A stretch of 18,793 nucleotides of DNA from Octopus sinensis (Eukaryota), in NCBI RefSeq assembly GCF_006345805.1, contig NW_021824481.1:1-18793 (forward strand), in the 5' to 3' direction. Below the pieces are notes generated by a model, which saw nothing but the letters and a program-made list of their open reading frames with translations, had not been told where the DNA came from and searched no databases. Below, piece after piece: positions 9,277 through 18,793 of the stretch. The translations under genes and the position numbers were made by a program. Numbering within the stretch: the stretch's first letter is position 1; each line of letters begins with the position of its first letter.

Positions 9277-9831
9277 GCTGCTGAAACAGGCATTGGTTAA
9301 ATTAAATTTTTTATTGGAAAACTAGCAAAGGAATAAAAAAAAATTAATAGCATCAACAAAAAGAGTGCCAATGAAAGACATCAACAACAACAGCAATAAA
9401 AGCAACATCAACATCAACAACAGCAAATAAATGTTAAAAAATCAAAACAAAAACTACCACCACATGAGCGAAAAGGAGGGCGACATTGCGACGAAATTGT
9501 CACGCTTTACAAAATGGAATAAATTCTGAAGAGAAGGCAATAGGGGAATGAAGTTAATATCTTCCTTGATTCGGCCATTGTATGAAGAACGAGCTACAAT
9601 GGATTTCGGACAACAGAAACAAACTAGTTGTTTTACCTCGAGCCTTATCTCAGTATTAAAGTAGCCGAAAATGTGGCACGATTCCCTGATTGGTCAGTTA
9701 ACAAATGAAGTTTATTGACATACAAAATCGAACGAACAAAATAAGGGAAAAGGAAATAAAATAAAATAAAATAAAATACGAAAGAGATGAAAAAAAAATA
9801 AATGGACACAAATTGAATGGAGAATATGTGA

Positions 9832-10177
9832 ACACGCACGCACACATACATGCATATATGTAATAGATATATATATGTATATACATATATATCTATATAT
9901 ATATACACACACATATACATATATGTATATATATATGTATATACACACACACATATTCATATATATATATATATTTATAAACATATATATATGTATATAT
10001 ATATTATATATATATATATATATACACATACAAATATATATAATATACCTATACATATATATGTATATATTTATATATATGTATGCATATATAAACACAC
10101 ACACACACACACATATATATATAATGGTATATGTATTAGTAATATATATGCTTTCACACACATACACACACACACAT
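9832..10177. repeat. Degenerate (TA)n/(CA)n low-complexity tract
   Basis: Directly visible. Confidence 0.93.
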
Positions 10178-10690
10178 AAAACAGAATAAGAGGAAGACGT
10201 AATAATAAAAAAAAATATAAGAAAATTAAATTAGAAAGAAAATGACCATAAAAAGAAGTAATACCTAAAACGAACAGAACAGCAACAGAAAAACACATGG
10301 AAATCATGTACGAAGAATAAAAACATATATTGGAATGAACTGAAACTGCTGTTGGTTACGTTTTAGAGATATCACCTAAAGCAACGTGTAATACCTACGA
10401 AGGGAACATTAGTCCAAATAGAATTTCATTGTTTCTGCTGTCCTTTTGAGGATAAAAGCTACACAAATGTCTACCTCGGAAGAAATAGAATAGAAGGAAA
10501 AAAAAAAAAAATGTGTGAACAGATTAAGCCAATATCTCAAATATCCAGAGGAAGATTTAGCTGCATATTTTGACTTGAGAGGAGAAAGAATAAAGAGAAA
10601 AATAAATGAAGAAATGCAGTGTCAGCAGTTTAATACGTTCAACATGTCTCGTGCTTTTGGTTACATTCGATTGTCACTTGGACGGCTAAT

Positions 10691-10704
10691 TGTGTGTGTG
10701 TATA

Positions 10705-10747
<43 letters not shown>

Positions 10748-10768
10748 GTGTGTGTCTGTGTGTGTGTG
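10691..10768. repeat. (TG)n microsatellite
   Basis: Directly visible. Confidence 0.95.
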
Positions 10769-10816
10769 ATGAAAGAATTGTTTTTTTTTTTGCTTTTTGT
10801 TCTTTCTTTGTTATCA

Positions 10817-11263
10817 GGCTGTGTGGAGTGGCTGTGTGGTAAGTAGCTTGCTTACGAACCACATGGTCCCGGGTTCAGTCCCACTGCGTGGCACCTTGGG
10901 CAAATGTCTTCTACTATAGCCTCGGGCCGACCAAAGCCTTGTGAGTGGATTTGGTAGACGGAAACTGAAAGAAGCCCGTCGTATATATGTATATATATAT
11001 ATATTTGTGTATGTGTATGTGTATGTGTTTGTGTGTTTGTGTTTGTGTGTCTGTGTTTGTCCCCCCCCAACACCGCTTGACAACCGATGCTGGTGTGTTT
11101 ACGTCCCCATAACTTAGCGGTTCGGCAAAAGAGATACCGTTAGAATAAGTACTAGGCTTACAAAGAATAAGACCTGGGGGTCGATTTGCTCGACTAAAAG
11201 GTGGTGCTCCAGCATGACCACAGTCAAATGACTGAAACAAGTAAAAGAGTAAAGATTAAAGAG
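10817..11263 (+). mobile_element. tRNA-derived SINE family D, near full length
   Basis: Collinear with 6329-6753, with an internal (TA)/(TG) tract and a GTAAAAGAGTAAAGA tail. GGCTGTGTGG is duplicated at the 5' end (10817-10826 and 10830-10839). Confidence 0.93.
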
Positions 11264-11271
11264 TATCCTCA

Positions 11272-11395
11272 GAAACTGAGATGTGTCCTTTTAACTGTAT
11301 GATTCTGGAGGTTCAGCTTAGACTTGTTTGGTCATGTTGCTCGATTTTCTGAGTTGGATCCAGACTACCATGTTCGCTTCTCTAAGGATCCGGCT
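11272..11395 (+). pseudogene. Short C-terminal remnant of a different RTE-type LINE
   Basis: ETEMCPFNCMILEVQLR/LFGHVARFSELDPDYHV..KDP matches the RTE 'RQLR.FGHV.R' motif. It appears to continue as W.RR after the SINE at about 11743. Confidence 0.6.
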
Positions 11396-11731
11396 GTGAA
11401 GGCCGGGTGGTTAACTGGTTAGGTTATTCGGCTGACGATTGTAAAGTCATGAGTCTGGTATCTATCTAGTGGTGCGTTATGCCCTTAAACAACACATTTT
11501 TATTATTCGTTGCATCAAGCCGCTTAGATGGGAAAAAATGAATAATACCTGTATTTCAATAGTCCAGTCTTGTCGCATTCTGTGTGACGCTGAATCTTCC
11601 AGAGAACACCGTTAAGAATTCGCATGTCTGTGGAATACTCAGCAAATTGCACATTAATTTGACGAGCAAACTGTTCTGTTGAATGGATCAAGTGGAAGCC
11701 TCATCTTTGAAACGATGGAGTGCTAGTCGAT
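11396..11731 (+). mobile_element. Old SINE (head B-like + tail 1) with eroded TSD
   Basis: Starts GTGAAGGC like the 17280(-) copy. 11546-11725 aligns with 511-692 (TACCTGTATTTCAA..CTTGTC.CATTCTGTGTG..ACGCTGAATCT..GAGAAC..CGTTAAG..TGTCTGTGGA..GGAGTGCT). Flanks are TAAGGATCCGGCT (11383-11395) and TAAGGAACCGCT (11732-11743). Confidence 0.78.
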
Positions 11732-11819
11732 TAAGGAACCGCTGGTCAAGACGGATTATGAAAACAAGGGTTCAAAAAACAAAAAGAAAAAGAATCGAAA
11801 TAATGTAGTTCAAGTTGTT

Positions 11820-11945
11820 TGAGTCGTTAGAACGTCGGTTGGTTAAGCTTCCGTTATTTGTCCAAGTTGTCCACGCTTGAGTTCAAATACAACTGAGGTT
11901 AACATTTCCCTTCTTCATTCAGGGTACATTAAATAAAGCAGTAGA
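11820..11945 (+). mobile_element. Highly degraded family C-like SINE
   Basis: CGTTAGAACGTCGG..TGAGTTCAAATACAACTGAGGTTAAC..TTCCCTT..CATTCAGGG..AAATAAAG parallels the family C body. Confidence 0.5.
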
Positions 11946-12099
11946 ATATTTGAACTCCGGTACTGGACTCTAGATTTGTTTCTTGGGTCCCAAAACGTTG
12001 AAGGGCGAAGCGGAATTCGAACACTAGTTACAGAGCACTGCAACGAATACGGCAAAGCATTCCATCCCACATTGGGAGAAGGATAACACTAATGCTTCG

Positions 12100-12100
<1 letters not shown>

Positions 12101-12140
<40 letters not shown>
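12101..12140. repeat. (TA)n microsatellite
   Basis: Directly visible. Confidence 0.95.
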
Positions 12141-12147
<7 letters not shown>

Positions 12148-12423
12148 TGTTGCTACACATCGCTGGTCACAATGCGCTTCGCATTGTTTTAGCCTTCAAA
12201 TGACGCCACCCGCTGGCTTAGCGAGCAGGCCAACAGAAGAAAGAGTGAGAGAAAGTTGTGGTGAAAGAGTACAGCAGGGATCGCCACCATCCCCTGCCGG
12301 AGCGTCGTGGAACTTTAGGTATTTTCGATCAAAAGACACTCACAACGCCCGGTCTGGGAATCGAAACCGCGATCCTACAACCGCGAGTCTACTGCCCTAA
12401 CCACTGGGCCATTGCGCCTCCAC
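12141..12423 (-). mobile_element. tRNA-derived SINE (head A + tail 2) within (TA)n
   Basis: Reverse complement begins GTGGAGGCGCAATGGCCCAGTGGTTAGGGCAG, identical to the start at 311. It diverges from that copy after CTCTTTCTTC into tail 2, which is shared with 16571-16690. Confidence 0.92.
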
Positions 12424-12425
12424 AC

Positions 12426-12456
<31 letters not shown>

Positions 12457-12464
12457 AGTGTGTG

Positions 12465-12522
<58 letters not shown>

Positions 12523-12545
12523 TGTGTGATTGTGTGTGTGTGTGT
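12424..12545. repeat. (TA)n(TG)n(AG)n compound microsatellite
   Basis: Directly visible. Confidence 0.95.
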
Positions 12546-12957
12546 TTTAAGGGACTGCGACATGCTGGGCACCGTCGTCAGTCGAATAAATCAACACAAC
12601 TACTTATTCGGTCTCTTTGATCGAACCGTGAGATAAGAGGGGACGTAAACAAACCAACACTGATTGTAAGGCGTTATTGTATTGAGCAGTGCGGGGTTTA
12701 CGGTGCAAGTGAAAACGAACCCGTATAGATGAGGTGTTTCTTAAGCACGCAATCATGCATGTGTTTATTTGTCCGACAGTTCTCTTTCAGTTTGGCGTCT
12801 ATGAAATACACAAATTCCACTCACAGGACTTTGGCCAGCCTGGAAGTTATAGGAAAGGACATTTGTGCATAATGTCAGCCACTGGAACTGAACCCGGATC
12901 CAAGTAGTTAGTAAGCAGGCAAGCAAGCTTCTTAACATTTGACTATGGAGCCACACA
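12546..12957 (-). mobile_element. Diverged family D SINE
   Basis: Plus-strand CATGCTGGGCACCG, GGGGACGTAAAC..ACCAACAC, TTTCAGTTT..CGTCTA, TCCACTCACA.GACTTTGG and GGAACTGAACCCGGA are reverse complements of family D blocks. The central microsatellite is replaced by about 95 bp of other sequence. Confidence 0.78.
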
Positions 12958-12960
12958 CGC

Positions 12961-13264
12961 GTGTATGTATGTATGTATGTATGTATGTATATATGTATGT
13001 ACGTACGTATGAATGTACCTATGTACGTATATGTATGTAAGTACGTACGTATGTATGTACATATGTACGTATATATGTATGTTTGTAGGTACGTAGGTAT
13101 GTATGTATATATCCTTAAATCCTTAATATATATATATATATATATACATGTATTTATGTATGTTTGTATGTACGTATGAATATATGTATGTATGTAACTT
13201 TGTATGTATGTATGTATGTATGTATGTTTGTATGTATGTTTGTATGTGCGTATTTATGTATGTT
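12961..13264. repeat. (TATG)n tetranucleotide tract
   Basis: Directly visible. Confidence 0.95.
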
Positions 13265-13310
13265 TGAGGTGAGACATATGGCCTTAATGCTTTAATATCT
13301 AACCACAAAC

Positions 13311-13526
13311 TAAGGTGGCGAGCTGGCAGGAGCGTTAGCACGCCGGGCGAACTGCTTAGCAGTATTCCATCTGTCTTTTATGTTCTGAGTTCAAATTCCA
13401 CCGAGGCTGACTTTGCCTTTCACCCTTTCGAGGTTGATAAATTAATTACCAGTTGTGTACTGGCGTCGATCTAATCGACTGACCCCTCCCTCAAAATTTC
13501 GGAGCTTGTGCCTAGAGTAGAAAAGG
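13311..13526 (+). mobile_element. Full-length family C SINE with perfect 16-bp TSD
   Basis: TGGCAGGAGCGTTAG head, B box GAGTTCAAATTCC. TSD ATATCTAACCACAAAC at 13295-13310 and 13527-13542. Confidence 0.94.
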
Positions 13527-14082
13527 ATATCTAACCACAAACACACCGGTTCATTTTCCACTCATAAACGAAGGATATATTAATATATACATACACACAC
13601 ATATATATATATATGTGTGTGTGTGCGTATATATATATATATGCATACATTCTCACGCATACATATGTGTTTGTCTCTATGTATACTTTAAAATATTTGG
13701 TGGCTCATTAGACTAATTCAGGAATTCGTTTAAGTAAATACATCGATCGATCCACATCAGTAGAATGCGAAAATGGTGGATTTCCGTACCATTGTTCGTC
13801 TGTTTTCGGCGCCGAACAGTATGAGTTCGTGACCCAAGTCATTGTCAACATTATCACTGTTCTACACTTTTTATATCTGCTTCAATAGAAGAATGAAAAG
13901 AAAATACTTATTACTGAAAACCCAAAATATCTTCGCCCTATTTTCACTTCTGACCGAGCGAATTTTTACGAGGTGACAGCCAAAGTCATGTGATGTTCAT
14001 TTGTTGACCAGCAAGAATTTTTAGTGGTCAGGCATGGTCAGTGAATAATGAATGAACATAAAAGAAGAGCCCTTAACACCGT

Positions 14083-14239
14083 TATATACATGCATACATA
14101 GATACATACATACATATATGTATATACACATGCATATGTATGTATGTATGTATGTATATAATATATATATATATATATAAATTTCCTCTATTTACATAAT
14201 ATTGAGGTCTCTCTTTCTTTTGTTTCTTACCGTTTTTCT

Positions 14240-14285
<46 letters not shown>

Positions 14286-14393
14286 TATATAGATAGATAG
14301 ATAATAATATAATATATAGATGGTTATGATGCATATATATATATATATATATCTAAATATATATTCATATATATATGTTTAAATATATATCTA

Positions 14394-14440
<47 letters not shown>

Positions 14441-14548
14441 CCCATATATATAAATTTATGTGAATATATGTGTGTTTATGTACGTATAACTATATGCTAT
14501 TATGTATAAGTATATTTATTAGTAGATATATATGTATGTATGTATATG

Positions 14549-14621
<73 letters not shown>

Positions 14622-14682
14622 TATAAATATATATATATATATATGTATATATCTAGGTATACGTACACACATACACATGCAC
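14083..14682. repeat. Long (TA)n-rich low-complexity tract
   Basis: Directly visible, with a 60-bp non-repetitive island at 14180-14241. Confidence 0.93.
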
Positions 14683-15230
14683 ATTTGTTCTTCTCTCTAT
14701 TGTATTTACTGACCGTAAAGATTGAGGCTTCTCAAATTTCTCCGGCCAAATAATTTTCTCTTCGGACCGCACCCGTCTTGGAGCCACATTCCAAATTAAA
14801 TGTTTGCACATTTTGTCCTTTTAACTATGCAGCGCTAAGATAGACTACTTTCAGCGAACGATTACACATAACGACGTCTACTTGTTTTTCTGTCTCGTCC
14901 GAGTCTCGTCTTGTATCGCGCTGTCTCGCTTCGCCGTGTTCACAGATATTTGGCAACATGTTATGTTGGTAGATATTAGATGACATGGTTGAAAGAAAGG
15001 TGATAAATGTTTAAGGAACGGGCAGGAACCTTTTAGTAAAACATTAAGAAACAGGTCTACCAACTGTTGAGTCGTCCTCTTTAATAAGTGCGACTATGTT
15101 TTCTTAAGTCACCCGAATGCTTCAAGACGCCATCTTTCTAATTCTCAGGTTACGTGCTTGCCTCACCTTTTATTGTTTGTATGTGCGTGCGTTGTCTTGT
15201 GTGATTACGTGTACTTCTCTCTCTCCTCTC

Positions 15231-15581
15231 TATTATATATATATAGATGTATATATTATATTATATATATATATATATATATTATATATAGATATATATA
15301 TATATATATTATATATATATATATATATAGGTGTGTGTGTATGTGTGTATATATAGATATGTATATATATATATATATATATATATTTTATACATATATA
15401 AGTATATATATATATATACAGATATATATACATACATATATACATACATATATATATAGTATACATATATTGTATATATACATATATAGCTATATATATA
15501 CATATATATGTATATACATATATACATATATATATACACACAGTATATACGTATATACATATATACATATATTATCTATAT

Positions 15582-15633
<52 letters not shown>

Positions 15634-15778
15634 CATACACCCACACAGACGCACACGCATGCACACACACACACACACACAACACATATACATATTAACG
15701 AACACAAATTCAAAGTCTGAAAATGTGTGCTTCTTTTTCTATAACGGTTTATACAGGTAAATAATTACTTTCATTTTG

Positions 15779-15827
<49 letters not shown>

Positions 15828-16186
15828 ACATACACAAACACAGACAGAAACATCCACCCCACCCCCATATATAATATATATATATATATATACCAATATA
15901 TATATATAAGATACTTAGTTACATACATACATACATACATAGACACACATACAGACACTGACGCAAACACAGCCGCATTCGCGTGCGCGCGCACACACAT
16001 ACACACACACTCACACGAACATACATATGCATGCATAAAATGCGAGAACGACAGAGAGGGAGAGAGAATGTTGGGAGAGTTTCTTCTCTGTTTATACTTA
16101 AACGTGACTGTATGTGCATAGATGTCTGAATGTGTGTGTGCGCGCGCGCCTGTGTGTGAATACGTGTGTGTGTGTATATATATGTA

Positions 16187-16227
<41 letters not shown>

Positions 16228-16236
16228 ATATATACA
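15231..16236. repeat. Long (TA)n/(CA)n/(TG)n low-complexity region
   Basis: Directly visible; accounts for the Y/I/H/T/C/V-rich ORFs. Confidence 0.92.
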
Positions 16237-16570
16237 CTTCACATTTAACGTAACCAGAACGAACGTCTTTGATATTTTAGTATCTTTTATGTGACTCATA
16301 ATATTTTTTATCACGGTCTCGCCCTGCTGTCTCTGCATATCTGCTCCATTTATCACCATATGTAGATAGATAAGCATAAAGCACGAATACCTGCATATCT
16401 ATATATATACACACATTTCTACACACACAGAGACACACGTGCTCGCGCACACACACAATGACACTATATAAATATATATTATTTATATTTGTATTATTAT
16501 ATGATTGAACGCCACGCATCCTCTTCCAAGTAAGTCTTATCTATCTATCTATATATATAGATACATATAT

Positions 16571-16887
16571 CACGTGATCACGAGACCAACCAGGCTATCA
16601 GATGTTGCTACACATCGCTGGTTACAATGCGCTTCGCACTGTTTTAGCCTTCAAATGACGCCACCCCGCTGGTTAAGTGAGCAGGCCAACACAAGAAGAA
16701 AGAGTTAAGAAAGAGTGAGAGAAAGTTTGTGCGAAAGTACAGCAGGGGTTGCCACTGCCGGAGCCTCGTGAAGCTTTAGGTGTTTTCGCTCAATAAACAC
16801 TCCACAACGCCCGGTCTGAGAATCGAAACCGCGATCCTACGTCCGCGAGTCCGCTACCCTAACACACTGGGGTCATTGTGCCCTCAC
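16571..16887 (-). mobile_element. tRNA-derived SINE (head A + complete tail 2)
   Basis: Collinear with 12141-12423 and extends further to a CACGTGATCACG terminus next to AT repeats. Confidence 0.9.
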
Positions 16888-16899
16888 ACATTCACTCAA

Positions 16900-16965
<66 letters not shown>

Positions 16966-16983
16966 ATACACTTTGCTTTTATG

Positions 16984-17280
16984 ACGTGATCACGTGATCG
17001 ACCAAGATAGTGGATGTTGTTATACATCGCTGGTCATAATCCGATTTTTGATTTAGTTTTCGGAGAACGCCAACCCGCTGGCAAAGGTAGCAGCTCAACT
17101 TTCTCCCTGATCGGAAAGTTTACTTCCTGTACGATTGCCTATTTTCATTTGAGTAGATTGGAGCAATGAGAAATGGTGTGTTTTGCTCAAGAACAAAACG
17201 GCCAGCGCGGTCCAGGAAACGAACCTAAGATCTGGTGATCGCGAGTGCGGTAACTTAACCACTAGGCCACGTGCCTTCAC
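16984..17280 (-). mobile_element. tRNA-derived SINE (head B + tail 2)
   Basis: Minus strand GTGAAGGCACGTGGCCTAGTGGTTAAG (A box)..GGTTCGTTTCC (B box)..TTCTTGAGCAAAACAC, then GCCAGCGGG.TGGCG..TGACCAGCGATGT.TA.CAACATC..GATCACGTGATCACGT as in tail 2. Confidence 0.85.
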
Positions 17281-17291
17281 ATATACATGTA

Positions 17292-17326
<35 letters not shown>

Positions 17327-17414
17327 TATAACATACATACATATGAATGTGTGTTATATGCACACAAGCAGTTATACATACAAATATATTATATATATAT
17401 ATATAATATATATA

Positions 17415-17454
<40 letters not shown>

Positions 17455-17698
17455 CATTACATACATATTAATGTGTATTCATATGCACATAAGCAGTTAT
17501 ACATACAAATATATATAGATATATATATATATATATACGAGAGAGAGAGATATGGAAGAGAGAGAGAGAGAGAGGAGAGAGAGGGAGATGGGGAGATATG
17601 TATATATGTTGAAGTTTGAACGTGAGTGCTTGTGAGCGTTTGAATACGTATGTGTGTGAACGCGTGTGTCTATGTGTGTCTGTGTGTGTCTGTGAGTG

Positions 17699-17769
<71 letters not shown>

Positions 17770-17805
17770 CTGCGTGTGCCTCTGTGTCTGTATAGCTATA
17801 TATGT
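17281..17805. repeat. Compound (TA)n/(AG)n/(TG)n microsatellite region
   Basis: Directly visible. Confidence 0.93.
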
Positions 17806-18148
17806 AATACATAGCGTGTCATAATGTCTGATGGATTCGGTTTTGACTCATGGAGAAGGGGGCCGAATCGCTTGATCGTTTTCTTTGCCCGACACTTCTC
17901 CCCTATTCCAGTTTAAATGTGAATGAAGTTAAGCAGTCACCATGAAGATTCGAAACCATTGTGCTGTATACCCTTTTATAGTATTTCTTCCAGTATTGCT
18001 CAATACAATAAACTCCTGCAGCACTGGGACCGTACGGTTGCCGGATAACTAAATTCCCCGGAAATCTGATCATCGGATTTTACGTTACGACAATACTTTA
18101 TAAAACTCATTAACCCCACCTTTATAAATCAGTATCATCATTAATATT

Positions 18149-18383
18149 AAGGCGGCTAAAGGCGGCGAGCTGGCAGAGACGTTAGCACCCCGGGCGAAAT
18201 GCTTCGCGGTATTTCGCCCGTCGCTACGTTCTGAGTTCAAATTCCGCCGAGGTCGACTTTGCCTTTCATCCTTTCGGGGTCGATAAATTAAGTACCAGTG
18301 GCGTGCTGGGGTCGATCTAATCGACTGGCCCCCCTCCTCAAAAATTTCGGCCTTGGGCCTGTGCCTAGTAGAGTAGAAAAGGA
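18149..18383 (+). mobile_element. Full-length family C SINE with 16-bp TSD
   Basis: GGCGGCGAGCTGGCAGAGACGTTAG head, B box GAGTTCAAATTCC. TSD TATCATCATTAATATT (18133-18148) vs TATCATTATTAATATT (18384-18399). Confidence 0.93.
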
Positions 18384-18477
18384 TATCATTATTAATATTC
18401 TGAATATAGTTAAAATGAGAGAAATAGGAAGAATTAAGGGTATAATTTAAAAAAGAACAGTTTCATTAACCTGGATA

Positions 18478-18640
18478 GGCGCAGGCATGGCTGTGTGGTA
18501 AGAAGTTTGCTTTCCAGCAGTATGGTTCCGAAATCAGCGCCACTGTGTGGTACCCAGGACTAGTGCGTTCTATTAAACCTTTGGATCCCTAAAACCCATG
18601 AATCGATTCGGTACCCGGTAACTGAAACCCGTCGTATATA
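18478..18640 (+). mobile_element. 5' half of a diverged family D SINE
   Basis: GGCGCAGGCATGGCTGTGTGGTAAGAAGTTTGC..ATGGTTCCG..CCACTGTGTGGTACC..AACTGAAA.CCCGTCGTATATA. Confidence 0.8.
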
Positions 18641-18758
18641 TATATATATATATATCGGGTGTGTATATTGCTATCTACCTAATAGCTAGCTACTATGTGT
18701 GTTTGTATCTATATAATATATATATATATGTATTATAAAACATATATAGATATATATA

Positions 18759-18793
<35 letters not shown>
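18641..18793. repeat. (TA)n-rich tract to window end
   Basis: Directly visible. Confidence 0.88.

Noticed and set aside
9575-9697. 8-bp inverted repeat (CCATTGTA/TACAATGG) and a reverse CCAAT box
   Set aside because: Short motifs expected by chance, with no associated gene evidence.
8733-10307. Many overlapping Y/I/H/T/C/V-rich ORFs (also 12961-17812)
   Set aside because: Dinucleotide repeats lack stop codons; these are artefacts.
14946-14976. Hairpin as a miRNA precursor
   Set aside because: The stem is only about 14 bp with a 3-nt loop, too short for a pre-miRNA.

Overview
AT-rich eukaryotic non-coding DNA with no intact protein-coding gene. Most ORF-track entries are translations of microsatellites. 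The window is dense in simple repeats and tRNA-derived SINEs. Their sequences look like octopus (coleoid cephalopod) SINEs; the organism is my inference from recognising the repeats. Decayed non-LTR retrotransposons are also present. (1) Three different 5'-truncated R4/Dong-like 3' ends are stacked head-to-tail on the minus strand, separated by (TAA)n arrays (about 1700-3665). (2) An RTE-type LINE has an inverted 5' half whose geometry matches twin priming (5645-7452). (3) A second small RTE remnant lies at about 11.3 kb. (4) A Penelope-like terminal fragment carries a minimal type I hammerhead ribozyme motif (7812-7846). The SINEs show combinatorial head/tail swapping, several clear target-site duplications (TSDs), nested insertions and a dimer mobilised as one unit. 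SINE labels A-D and tail numbers are my own. I see no convincing new protein-based system; the notable signals are retroelement architecture and RNA motifs.
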